A stretch of DNA of 64,000 nucleotides from Candidatus Eiseniibacteriota bacterium (GTDB lineage Bacteria; Eisenbacteria; RBG-16-71-46; JABDJR01), in the NCBI GenBank assembly GCA_963762255.1, contig CAVXKA010000003.1:288001-352000 (forward strand), read 5' to 3'. This document shows, piece after piece, positions 18,579 through 28,057 of the stretch. Numbering within the stretch: the first letter of the stretch is position 1; every line of letters begins with the position of its first letter. Under the pieces are notes generated by a model, which made no database searches, was not told the DNA's origin, and saw only the letters and a list, made by a program, of their open reading frames with translations. Made by a program: the position numbers and the translations under genes.

Positions 18579-19342
18579 GGCAGCATCACCACCTTCTGAA
18601 CATCACGTCGGGCCCCCGCCTGCACTTCGAGGAAGTAGAGGCCGTGGGCCAGCTCCTCCGGCGCGCGCACGGTGACCGCGTGGGTGCCGGCCGGCTTGGC
18701 GCCGAGGTCCTTCGCCGTCACCAGCGCGCCGCGCACATCGTAGAGCCGCCAGGCAACCTCGGCGTCGCGGGGGAGCGTGAACGCCAGCTCGAAGGCTCCT
18801 CGGAAGGGATTCGGCCGCGCGGGAAGCACCCGCAACACGGCGGAGACCGGGGTCTCGTCGAGGCTCACCGGCCAGGGTCCCAGGGTCTCCTGTTCGCCGC
18901 TGCGCAACCATGCAACGAGGCGATATCGATAGGAGGCGCCCGGCGTCACGTCGGAGTCGCGATAGGTGTGCGGGCCTGGACCGGCGAAGCGCGCGTCCAG
19001 CGGGGCAAAGGTGTCCCCCTCGGCGCCGTCCGCGCGCTCGATGCGGAAATCCACGATACCGGCGTCGTCGGGAGCCGACCACGCGAGGGTGACCGCGCCG
19101 TCGGCGGCGGTGATCTGGAGCGAGACGAGGGCGACCGGGGTCGGGATGGAGACCCCGTAGAGGAGGCCGGACCCGACCACGGTGGCCCCTGCCCCGGAGA
19201 GCCCGCTTATGGGCGCCCCGAGCACGTCGTGAACCTGGATCGCGCCCGCCGAGCGGACGCCGCCGCCCGCGTCGAGGCCGCCCCCCGCCCGAGCGGGCAC
19301 GGGGAGAAGAAGAGCAAGGAGGACGGGGATGAACCAGCGCAT
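18575..19342 (-). CDS. secreted protein with FnIII-like domain and C-terminal PNPF/FlgD-Ig (T9SS-CTD-like) domain
   Basis: MRWFIPVLLALLLPVPARA signal; PVALVSL..VTLAW..YRDSDV..YRYRL; RPNPF..LYDVRG..GLYFLEV..QKVVMLP. Stop overlaps the next start. Confidence 0.78.
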   Translation of the reverse strand: MRWFIPVLLALLLPVPARAGGGLDAGGGVRSAGAIQVHDVLGAPISGLSGAGATVVGSGLLYGVSIPTPVALVSLQITAADGAVTLAWSAPDDAGIVDFRIERADGAEGDTFAPLDARFAGPGPHTYRDSDVTPGASYRYRLVAWLRSGEQETLGPWPVSLDETPVSAVLRVLPARPNPFRGAFELAFTLPRDAEVAWRLYDVRGALVTAKDLGAKPAGTHAVTVRAPEELAHGLYFLEVQAGARRDVQKVVMLP

Positions 19343-19424
19343 GCGTTTCAGTCCAGGGTAAACGTTGGGCCGGTGCCGGGTGGGGAGCAAAGCACGGATA
19401 GTTTGAGTTTTGGCCCGCCCCATG

Positions 19425-19973
19425 TCAAGGCGAGGGGGAATCCTCGCTTTCCGTCCCCATGCTGGAAAGCGCCTCGCGCACCGTCCCGTAGTTGAACCCC
19501 CGCCGCAGGAGGAACTGCTCCGCCTTGCGCCGGATCTCCGCGGGGGGGCGCCCCGAGAGGCTCCGCAGCTTCGAGGCCACCGCGCGCCTTGCGGCCTCGA
19601 CGGGATCCTCCTCCTCGGCCACGTCGCCGAGCACACGATCGGCGATCTCGCGCGCGATCCCCTTCTTGAAAAGCTCGGCCTCCAACGCGCGGCGGCCGCG
19701 GGGGCGGGTGCGCTGGCGTGACGCCACGAAGGCACGGGCGAAGGCCTCGTCGTCGACGAGGCCGACTTCGGCCAGGCGGTCGAGCACCGGCGCGGAGGTC
19801 TCGCGGTCCACTCCCTTGCGCTGCAGGGACAGCTCCAACTCGCGGCGGCTGTGCATGCGCCGCTCCAGGGCGCGCAGGCAGATCTCGCGCGCACGGTCTT
19901 CGGAGCGCGGATCGCGGTCGGCGGGAACAGAAACGCCGGCGGAACGGGGTGAGCGTTCACGCCGGCGCATCAT
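19425..19973 (-). CDS. recX: regulatory protein RecX
   Basis: RMHSRREL, GLVDDEAFA, PRGRRALEAELFKKGI, FLLRRGF; directly downstream of recA. Confidence 0.9.
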   Translation of the reverse strand: MMRRRERSPRSAGVSVPADRDPRSEDRAREICLRALERRMHSRRELELSLQRKGVDRETSAPVLDRLAEVGLVDDEAFARAFVASRQRTRPRGRRALEAELFKKGIAREIADRVLGDVAEEEDPVEAARRAVASKLRSLSGRPPAEIRRKAEQFLLRRGFNYGTVREALSSMGTESEDSPSP

Positions 19974-19999
19974 GTTATCCAGTCTCGGGGCGGCGGGCG

Positions 20000-21157
20000 C
20001 TAGGCCCGCGCGCGGGCCCCGCGTTTGCCGTTGGTGGGCTCGTCGTCGTCGCCGTCCGCGTCGGCATCTCCCGCGTCCGTCGCGGCGGCCGCCGCCGGCT
20101 TCGATGCGGCCGGGGGCGGGGCCATGGCCTCCCGGACCCTCACCTCGAGTTCGTCGAGGGTCGCGGGGTGCTCCTTGAGGAACAGACGCGCGTTCTCGCG
20201 TCCCTGACCCAACCGTTCGCCCTTGTAGGAAAACCACGTCCCCGACTTCTCGAGAATATTCTTCTCCACCGCGATATCGAGGACCTCGCCGCTGCGCGAG
20301 ATGCCCTCGTCGTAGTAGATGTCGAACTCCGCGGTCTTGAACGGGGCGGCCATCTTGTTCTTGGCCACCTTCACCTTGACCCGGTTCCCCACCACGTTGT
20401 CGCGCTCCTTGATGCTGGCGATGCGACGGATGTCGAGCCGCACCGAGGCGTAGAACTTGAGCGCGTTGCCACCGGTCGTCGTCTCCGGATTACCGAACAT
20501 GACCCCGATCTTCATGCGAAGCTGGTTGATGAAGATGACGCAGGTGTTGGACTTGGCGACCGAGCCGGTGAGCTTGCGCAGCGCCTGGCTCATGAGCCGG
20601 GCCTGCAATCCCACGTGGCTGTCCCCCATCTCGCCTTCGATCTCGGCCTTGGGCACCAGCGCCGCGACCGAGTCGACCACCAACACATCCACCGCGTTGG
20701 AGCGCACGAGTTGGTCGGCGATCTCGAGCGCCTCCTCCCCTGTGTCCGGCTGGGAGACGTGAAGATCGTCCAGGTTCACGCCGATGGTCTGCGCGAACTC
20801 GGCGGGGAACGCATGCTCCGCGTCGATGAACACGGCGGTGCCGCCGAGCTTCTGCGCGCGGGCGACAATGGTGAGCGCGAGCGTGGTCTTGCCGCTCGCC
20901 TCCGGGCCGTAGATCTCCACCACGCGTCCGCGGGGAACGCCGCCGATGCCCAGGGCCAGGTCGAGGCCCAGCGATCCGGTGGGGATCGAGGGGATCTTCA
21001 CCGCCGCTCGCGCCGAGCCCAACTTCATGATGGATCCCTTGCCGTACGCCTTCTCGATCTGCGAGACGGCAAGCTCGAGCGCCTTCGCCTTCTCCTTGCT
21101 GGTTCCTTGACTCATACCCTGCTCCACCTTCGTGCCAATTACGGCGTCTATGGTCAT
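20000..21157 (-). CDS. recA: recombinase A
   Basis: [51 protein letters not shown]. Start is ATG 21157 or 21115. Confidence 0.99.
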   Translation of the reverse strand: MTIDAVIGTKVEQGMSQGTSKEKAKALELAVSQIEKAYGKGSIMKLGSARAAVKIPSIPTGSLGLDLALGIGGVPRGRVVEIYGPEASGKTTLALTIVARAQKLGGTAVFIDAEHAFPAEFAQTIGVNLDDLHVSQPDTGEEALEIADQLVRSNAVDVLVVDSVAALVPKAEIEGEMGDSHVGLQARLMSQALRKLTGSVAKSNTCVIFINQLRMKIGVMFGNPETTTGGNALKFYASVRLDIRRIASIKERDNVVGNRVKVKVAKNKMAAPFKTAEFDIYYDEGISRSGEVLDIAVEKNILEKSGTWFSYKGERLGQGRENARLFLKEHPATLDELEVRVREAMAPPPAASKPAAAAATDAGDADADGDDDEPTNGKRGARARA

Positions 21158-21269
21158 GGTCGTCACTCCTCGACGGGCGTCACCACAAGACGGGTGCGTG
21201 CACCGACGGGCGTGCGTGAGTTGGCGGGAGAAGTCGGATGAAACTGTTTCCTGATGGGGTCTGAAGAGG

Positions 21270-21875
21270 CTAGGAGGTGGGGGCCGCCTTGTCAAGCCGG
21301 CTCTGGTGCATGACCTCGTAGATCGAGCCCCTGGGATCGAGCGTGCTCTTGATCACGCCGACCCGCTCGACGGTGAAGGCGGCGATGGGGCCCACCGCCT
21401 GGCACGCAACCTTGAGCGCATCCGGATCGAGGCCGTGAGAGTCGCGCCAGCGGCCGAGCGTGAGGTGCGCCTTGAACGGTTTGTCCGCCTTGCCGAGCCG
21501 CGCGTCGCGGAATCCATGTTCGAGAGTGCGGGCGAGCGCTTCGAGGGTCGCGCTCCCCCTGCAGCAGCCGACCCAGAAGACGCGCGGTGACCTCCAGTTG
21601 GAGAAGACGCCGCAGCCGTGGAGTTCGATCTCGAAGGGAACGGCTGCGGCGCAGGTTTGTTGAAGGACGGCGCCGGCGCGGTCGACTTCCTCCTGCGTGA
21701 GATCGCCGAAGAAGCGCAGTGTGAAGTGAAGGTTGCGGCGAGCGGTCCAACGCAGACCGGGGAGCTGGGGTTCGAGCCGTTGCTTGAGCTGGTCGAGCGC
21801 GCCGAGCACATCGTCGGGCGGGAACACCGCGACGAAGGTGCGAAGGGTGGCGGTCTGAGGTCCGGTATCCTTCAT
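21270..21875 (-). CDS. thpR: RNA 2',3'-cyclic phosphodiesterase (2H phosphoesterase)
   Basis: RTFVAV, two HxT motifs (LHFTL, AHLTL), PRVFW; upstream of recA. Confidence 0.92.
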   Translation of the reverse strand: MKDTGPQTATLRTFVAVFPPDDVLGALDQLKQRLEPQLPGLRWTARRNLHFTLRFFGDLTQEEVDRAGAVLQQTCAAAVPFEIELHGCGVFSNWRSPRVFWVGCCRGSATLEALARTLEHGFRDARLGKADKPFKAHLTLGRWRDSHGLDPDALKVACQAVGPIAAFTVERVGVIKSTLDPRGSIYEVMHQSRLDKAAPTS

Positions 21876-21893
21876 GAATCTCGCGCCGGCGTG

Positions 21894-22397
21894 CTACTTG
21901 CTGCCGCGTTGCGTCATCAGCTCCAGGTCTTCCAGGAGGCTCTGCAGATCCTCTTCGTGCTCGACTTCCTGCTCGAGAATGGTGAGCGCCATGTTGTACG
22001 TCACCATGTCCTTGTCCTTCGTCGCATCCATCAGCCCCTTGTACGCCGTGATCGCGCACTGCTCGCCGGCGATGTTCTGTCTGAGCAGGACGGCCACGTA
22101 GGAATCCTCGGGCGCGTCGTACTTGCACGGGCTCAGCGCGCTCCACTCTTGCGGCGTAAGAACGGGGGTTCCGCCGAGCTGGATGATGCGGTTCGACACC
22201 AGGACCGCGTGATTCAACTCCTCGGTCGCATGCAGGGTCAGCTCTGCGGCAACGGCATCCTTCATCGGACCCTTGATGAGCTTTGCGCCGAGCCAGTACT
22301 GGTAGTAGGCGAGCCACTCGCTCGCGTAAGCCTGATTGAGCAGCTTGAGGAGCTGATCGATATCCATGCCGATGATCTCACGACCTCGAGTACCCAT
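21894..22397 (-). CDS. DPS-like/bacterioferritin-related ferritin-like protein
   Basis: AYASEWLAYYQY, EELNHA, RIIQLGG, GEQCAI, EVEHEE di-iron ExxH motifs. Confidence 0.88.
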   Translation of the reverse strand: MGTRGREIIGMDIDQLLKLLNQAYASEWLAYYQYWLGAKLIKGPMKDAVAAELTLHATEELNHAVLVSNRIIQLGGTPVLTPQEWSALSPCKYDAPEDSYVAVLLRQNIAGEQCAITAYKGLMDATKDKDMVTYNMALTILEQEVEHEEDLQSLLEDLELMTQRGSK

Positions 22398-22442
22398 TTC
22401 TCCCCTCTCCTTCCGGCGAGTGCCTGCCTCGAACACGGTGAT

Positions 22443-22480
22443 CCCCGGCGGCCGGCGGAAAAAGCCGCCGGCTGCCGGGG
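22443..22480 (-). terminator. strong GC hairpin downstream of the prolyl oligopeptidase gene
   Basis: CCCCGGCAGCCGGCGG-CTTTTT-CCGCCGGCCGCCGGGG on the minus strand (16-bp stem, one mismatch). No U-tract, so it may be a processing or stability stem. Confidence 0.4.
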
Positions 22481-22496
22481 CGCAGTCGATTCGCGT

Positions 22497-24569
22497 CTAG
22501 CGCAACATCGTCCACAGGTAAGCGAACTCCAGAGCCTTGATCTCCGCCTTCTGGCGGTTGGTCGTTCCCGAGCCGTGGCCCCCTTCGATGTTCTCGAAGT
22601 AGTAGACGGGATGCCCCATCTCCATCATCCGCGCCACCATCTTGCGGGCGTGGCCGGGATGGACGCGATCGTCTCGCGTCGTGGTCCAGAAAAACACCTT
22701 GGGGTACTTCACGTCACGCTTCACCAGTTGGTACGGCGACCAGGTCTGAATGAACTTCCAGTCCTCGGGAACGTCGGGGTTGCCGTACTCGGCCATCCAG
22801 CTCGCGCCTGCCAAGAGCTTGTTGAAGCGCTGCATGTCCAGCAGGGGGACCTGGCAGACCACCGCCTTGAACAGGTCGGGTCGCATCGTAAACGTCCCCC
22901 CGACAAGCAGGCCGCCCTGCGATCCGCCCATGATTCCCAGGTGCTCCGGCGTGGTGATCTTGCGGGCGATCAAATCCTCGGCAACCGCGATGAAGTCCTC
23001 GAACGACTTGATGCGGTTCTCGCGCAGCGCCGCTTCATGCCACCGAGGGCCGAACTCGCCGCCGCCGCGGAGATTCGCCAGGACGAACACGCCGCCCCGC
23101 GCGAGCCAGCCAGCGCCGTTGGTGCCGGAATAGTACGGTTCCATGGAGACCTCGAAACCGCCGTAGCCGTAGAGGAGCGTCGGGTTCTTGCCGTCGGCTT
23201 TGAAGTCCGGGGGGGTGACGAGGAAGTAAGGGATCTTGGTCCCGTCCTTGGAGGTCGCTTCGTGCTGGACGACCTTCATGCCGTCGGCCGGGAAGAACGC
23301 CGGCAGCGACCGGAGCTTCTCCTGCCGGCCGTTCTGGACGAGATAGAGCGAGCTTGGCGTCAGGAAGTCCTGGTACGTGAAGAAGAACGCCTCGTTGTCG
23401 GCCGCCGTACCGGACACGCTGACGGTGCCCATCCCTGGCAACGGCACGTCCTCACGGCTCCAGGTGCCGTTTTCGAATGCGAGCCGGACGAGGCGGGACT
23501 GCACGTTGTCGAGCGTGCTCATCAGGACGCGATCCTTGGTCGTCGCCAGGCTCGAGAAAGAAACCTTCTCCGAAGGCTCGAACAGAATCTCGAAGGTCGC
23601 CCCGCCTTTCAGCACATCATCCAGGTCGCCCGCGAGCAACGCGCCCTGCGGGTACGTGGCCTTGCCAACCGTCCAGTCGCTGCGCAGCGTGAACAGAAGC
23701 TGATTGCGGAAGATGCCCTGGAACTGGGCGTCCAGCGGAATCGGCACCTGCACGAGGCCGTCCCCCACGCTCAGATACACGTCGGCTTTGAAGAACTCCG
23801 GCGCGCGGACGATGACCTGGTAGGTTCGTTCCGCCGTTTCGACGGAAGTCGGGGACACGTAGGTGTCCTCGGGCCGACCCTCGAAGATCGTGCGGGCTTC
23901 AGTGAGCGGCGTGCCGCGCTTCCACTCCTTGACGATGCGCGGATACCCCGACGGAGTCATCGAACCCTCGCCGAAGTCCGTGGCGACCCAGAGTGTGTTC
24001 GCGTCCTTCCAGATGGTCTCCTGTTTGCCCACCGGCAGCGTGAAACCGCCCGACACGAAGGCCTTGTCCACGAGATCGAACTCGCGCATCTCGACGGCAT
24101 CGCTGCCGCCCGGGGAGAGCGAGACGATACAGCGGCGATAGTCGGGCGGGAGCACCGAGCGTCCCTTGTAGACCCACTGCTTGCCCTCCGCCTTGCACAG
24201 CGCATCGATGTCGAGCACGGTTTCCCATTCCGGCTGCGCGGTCCGGTAGCTGGCGAGTGTCGTGCGGCGCAGGATGCCTCGCTCGTGCCCAGGATCCTGC
24301 CAGAAGTTGTAGAGGAAGGCCCCCTCCTGGCCGGGCATGGGGATGCGTTCCTTCGAATCCATGATCTCGAGACACCGATCGAGGATGGGCGAGTATTCGG
24401 GGACGGCGCCCAACTCCCGGGTGGAGACGGCGTTTTGCGCCTTGACCCACTCGATCGCGCGCGGGCCGTCGACTTCCTCGAGCCACAGGAACGGATCGCT
24501 CTCACCGGCGATTGCCGCCGAGGCGGCCAGCCCGAGAATCACCGTCACCGCGCAAAAAATCCGGTGCAT
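22497..24569 (-). CDS. prolyl oligopeptidase (S9A), secreted
   Basis: Signal peptide, DPFLWLEE, SKDGTKIPYF, YGYGGF, RGGGEFG, GGSQGG nucleophile, DDRVHP, EGGH. Confidence 0.94.
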   Translation of the reverse strand: MHRIFCAVTVILGLAASAAIAGESDPFLWLEEVDGPRAIEWVKAQNAVSTRELGAVPEYSPILDRCLEIMDSKERIPMPGQEGAFLYNFWQDPGHERGILRRTTLASYRTAQPEWETVLDIDALCKAEGKQWVYKGRSVLPPDYRRCIVSLSPGGSDAVEMREFDLVDKAFVSGGFTLPVGKQETIWKDANTLWVATDFGEGSMTPSGYPRIVKEWKRGTPLTEARTIFEGRPEDTYVSPTSVETAERTYQVIVRAPEFFKADVYLSVGDGLVQVPIPLDAQFQGIFRNQLLFTLRSDWTVGKATYPQGALLAGDLDDVLKGGATFEILFEPSEKVSFSSLATTKDRVLMSTLDNVQSRLVRLAFENGTWSREDVPLPGMGTVSVSGTAADNEAFFFTYQDFLTPSSLYLVQNGRQEKLRSLPAFFPADGMKVVQHEATSKDGTKIPYFLVTPPDFKADGKNPTLLYGYGGFEVSMEPYYSGTNGAGWLARGGVFVLANLRGGGEFGPRWHEAALRENRIKSFEDFIAVAEDLIARKITTPEHLGIMGGSQGGLLVGGTFTMRPDLFKAVVCQVPLLDMQRFNKLLAGASWMAEYGNPDVPEDWKFIQTWSPYQLVKRDVKYPKVFFWTTTRDDRVHPGHARKMVARMMEMGHPVYYFENIEGGHGSGTTNRQKAEIKALEFAYLWTMLR

Positions 24570-24752
24570 GTTGTCTCTCTCCTTGGCAAAAGGGAAAGGT
24601 GAGGGGAAGCGCATTCTATCACTCGGCTGCGAGCTGTGGGGAGCGCGCGGCGGGCTTCCGACGAACGGATAGCGCCCTTTTCGTCGCTCTGATAGCATCT
24701 TCGGTCGGTTCCGGGATACCGAGCAGCATCTGTTGGAAGGAGTCGTTCAGAG

Positions 24753-25994
24753 ATGGCAGACGTCCGTCCGTTTCGAGCCTACCGACCTCCCCGCGATCTC
24801 GCCTCGCGGGTCGCCTGTCCCCCCTACGACGTGCTGAACACGGAAGAGGCACGCGAGCTGGCGCGCGGCAACGAGGTCTCGTTCCTCCACGTGAACAAGC
24901 CGGAGATCGATTTCCCCTCGGGCCATGATCCGTATGCGCCCGAGGTCTACACGAAGGGACGGGAGAACCTCAAGGCGATGATCGCGAAGGGGCTCCTCGT
25001 CAGGGACCCCGCGCCCTGCTTCTACGTCTATCGCCAGGTCATGGGCGAACACGCGCAGACCGGCCTCGTCGCCGGCGCCAGCATCGCCGAGTACGAGGAC
25101 GATCGGATCAGCAAACACGAGTTCACGCGCCCCGACAAGGAGGACGACCGGACCCGCCACATCGACGTGCTCGACGCGAACGACGAGCCGGTCTTCTTGA
25201 CCTACTTCGCACGTCCCGGGATCGACCGCCTCGTGGCGGAGGTTTGCGCGGCGGAGCCCGCTTACGACTTCACAAGCGCCGACGGCATCGGGCACACGCT
25301 CTGGGTCGTGTCCGACCCGGCGCAGGTTGACGCGTTCCGCCGTCTCTTCGCCGAGGTGCCCCGTCTCTACGTGGCCGACGGGCACCATCGCAGCGCGGCC
25401 GCGACCCGCGTCAGGCGCGCTCGGCGCGAGCGCGACGGATCGGCCGCGGGTGAGAAGGAGTACGACCACTTCCTCACCGTGATCTTCCCGCACGACCAGA
25501 TGAAGATCATCGCCTACAACCGGGTCGTCCACGACCTGCATGGAATGAGCGAGGAGGCGTTTCTGGCGCGCGTGCGCGAGCGCTTCGAGGTGACGCCGGC
25601 CCCGCAGGCCGAGCCGGAACGGGCGCGCTCGTACGGGATGTTCCTCTCCGGCCGCTGGCACCGTCTCGTGCCGAAAGCCGGCTCCGTGCCGGAGGACGAC
25701 CCGGTGAACTCCCTCGACGTCGCCGTCCTCCAGAACAACCTGCTGTCCCCCGTCCTCGGAATCGACGACCCGCGGCGGGACAAGCGGATCGACTTCGTGG
25801 GCGGAATCCGGGGCACGGCCGAGCTTCAGAAGCGCGTGCAGAGCGGGAAGGCGGCCGTCGCCTTCGCTCTCCATCCGGTGAGCATCGAGCAGCTGATCCT
25901 GGTGGCGGACGCCGGTCAGGTCATGCCGCCCAAGTCGACCTGGTTCGAACCGAAGCTCCGCTCGGGACTTTTCGTGCGTCCGTTCGGAGACTGA
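24753..25994 (+). CDS. DUF1015 family protein
   Basis: VACPPYDV, KHEFT, YVADGHHR, MPPKSTWFEPKLRSGL. Confidence 0.92.
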   Translation: MADVRPFRAYRPPRDLASRVACPPYDVLNTEEARELARGNEVSFLHVNKPEIDFPSGHDPYAPEVYTKGRENLKAMIAKGLLVRDPAPCFYVYRQVMGEHAQTGLVAGASIAEYEDDRISKHEFTRPDKEDDRTRHIDVLDANDEPVFLTYFARPGIDRLVAEVCAAEPAYDFTSADGIGHTLWVVSDPAQVDAFRRLFAEVPRLYVADGHHRSAAATRVRRARRERDGSAAGEKEYDHFLTVIFPHDQMKIIAYNRVVHDLHGMSEEAFLARVRERFEVTPAPQAEPERARSYGMFLSGRWHRLVPKAGSVPEDDPVNSLDVAVLQNNLLSPVLGIDDPRRDKRIDFVGGIRGTAELQKRVQSGKAAVAFALHPVSIEQLILVADAGQVMPPKSTWFEPKLRSGLFVRPFGD

Positions 25995-26012
25995 AGCGCG
26001 CAAGGAGGCAAC

Positions 26013-26892
26013 ATGAAGATCCTGCTTTCCGACTCGTTCGACCCGCCGCTGGCCGGCCGCCTGGCCCGGTTCGGCGAGGTGACCGCCGACAAGGCCGAGC
26101 TGCCCGAGTGCGACGTCGTGCTCATTCGCAGCAAGACCAAGGCGACCGCCGAGTACATCGCCGGCGCCCCCAAGCTCAAGATCATCATCCGCGGCGGCGT
26201 CGGCCTCGACAACGTGGACGCGGCGGCGGCCCGCGAGCGCGGCATCAAGGTCTTCAATACGCCCGAGGCGAGCAGCGTGGCCGTGGCCGAGCTGGCCTTC
26301 GCCTTCCTCCTCGCCATCCCGAGCAGGATCATCGACGGGCACATGTCGATGAAGGAAGGGAAGTGGCTGAAGAAGGAGCTGAAGCGCACCGAGCTCTTCC
26401 AGAAGACCCTCGGCATCATCGGGATCGGCCGCATCGGTACGGAGATCGCCCTGCGGGCCCACGCCTTCGGCATGAAGATCCTGGCGACCGATCTGGAGGT
26501 GAAGCATCACACCCTGGCCGACATGACGACCCTGGACGACCTCTGTGCGCGCAGCCGACTTCATCTCGCTTCAACACTGCCGCTCAACGACGCGACCCGC
26601 GGCATGGTCAACGCCCGCCTCATCGACAAGATGAAGAACGGGGTCATCCTCGTCAACACCGGTCGCGGCAAGATGCGTCGTCGAGGCCGACCTCGCCGCC
26701 GCGCTCGAGAGCGGCAAGGTCGGCGCCTACGGCACCGACGTCTGGGAGAGCGACCCACCGCCGGAGACCTCGCCCCTGCTCAAGGCCAAGAACGTCTACA
26801 TGTGCCCCCACATCGGGGCTTCGTCCAAGGAGAACCTGCTGCGGATCGGCGACCAGATCGTCGAGATCCTGGAGCGGGAGCTCGGCAAGTAG
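26013..26892 (+). CDS. serA: D-isomer 2-hydroxyacid / 3-phosphoglycerate dehydrogenase (short SerA type); apparent frameshifts
   Basis: RGGVGLDNVD, GIIGIGRIG, VNTGRG. ADFISL and YGTDVW..PHIGAS..TAG(26890-26892) lie in shifted frames; indels near 26550, 26574 and 26673. Confidence 0.75.
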
Positions 26893-26922
26893 TCACCACG
26901 AAACTGCGGAAGGAGTGACGCC

Positions 26923-28012
26923 ATGGCACGCACATACAACTTCTTCGCCGGACCGGCCGTGCTGCCGGTCGCGGCGCTCGAGCGGGCCCAGACGCGAAAT
27001 GCTCGACTGGGATAACACCGGCACCTCGGTCATGGAGACGAGCCACCGCTCGAAGGAGTACGAGGCCGTCCACAACGAGGCGATCGCCCTCGTCAAGGAG
27101 CTGATCGGCCTGCCGGAGAACTACCAGGTTCTCTTCCTGCAGGGCGGGGCCAGCCTGCAGTTCGCGATGGTCCCGATGAACCTGCTCTCGCCGGCCAGAC
27201 GGCCGACTACGATCAACACCGGCACCTGGGCGAAGAAGGCGATCGCGGAGGCGAAGCTCTTCGGCAACGTCAACATCGCCTGGGGCGGCGAGAAGGGGAA
27301 CGCCACGGAGATCCCGAAGAGCGGGCCGAGCTCAACCTCACCGCCGGCGCCCGCTACGTGCACATCACGAGCAACAACACGATCGAGGGGACGCAGTACC
27401 ACGCCTTCCCCGACACCGAAGGGCGTGCCGATCATCTGCGACATGTCCTCCGACTTCCTCTGGGCCCCCTTCGATCCGAAGCCGTTCGGCCTGATCTACG
27501 CCGGCGCACAGAAGAACGTCGGGCCGGCCGGGGTCACGGTGGTCGATCATCCGCTACGACCTGCTCGCACAGTGCAAGGACGAGATCCCGACCATCCTGA
27601 AGTACAAGACGCACGCGAAGGAGAACTCCCTCTACAACACGCCGCCCTGCTTCGGGATCTACATGATCCGAAACGTCCTCGCCACCGTGAAGGCGACGGG
27701 CGGGCTCAAGGCGATGGAGGCCACAACCGGAAGAAGGGCGGGATGATCTACGAGATCATCGACGGGCATTCCGACTTCTTCCGCTCGCCGGTGGCGCGCG
27801 ACGCCCGCTCGTACATGAACATCGTCTTCCGGCTGCCGAGCGAGGAGCTGGAGGAGAAGTTCGTGGCCGAGGGGAAGAAGCGCCGCTTCCTCGGGCTCAA
27901 GGGGCACCGCTCGGTGGGTGGGATCCGTATCTCGACCTACAACTCCTGCCCGATGGAGGCCTGCGAGGCGGTGACTTCGTTCATGAAGGAGTTCGTGAAG
28001 GCGAACGGGTAA
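26923..28012 (+). CDS. serC: phosphoserine aminotransferase; several apparent frameshifts
   Basis: MARTYNFFAGPAVLP from ATG 26923; METSHRS, QGGASLQF, HITSNNTIEG, CDMSSD, YAGAQKNVGPAG, LYNTPP and GHRSVGGIR are spread over frames. Confidence 0.85.
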
Positions 28013-28057
28013 GCGAGCCGCCAACCGAAGTTCTCCACGCGGAGGCCCCTGGACACG

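Noticed and set aside
21230-21275. Hammerhead ribozyme suggested by GAAAC and CTGAAGAG
   Set aside because: Stems I-III cannot be formed around these core fragments.
21618-24602. Long antisense or alternative-frame ORFs (e.g. 994 aa here, 10732..12786, 13558..15627, 29383..32148, 48094..50289)
   Set aside because: They shadow well-supported genes or RNAs, lack recognisable motifs, and are expected from stop-codon scarcity in high-GC DNA.
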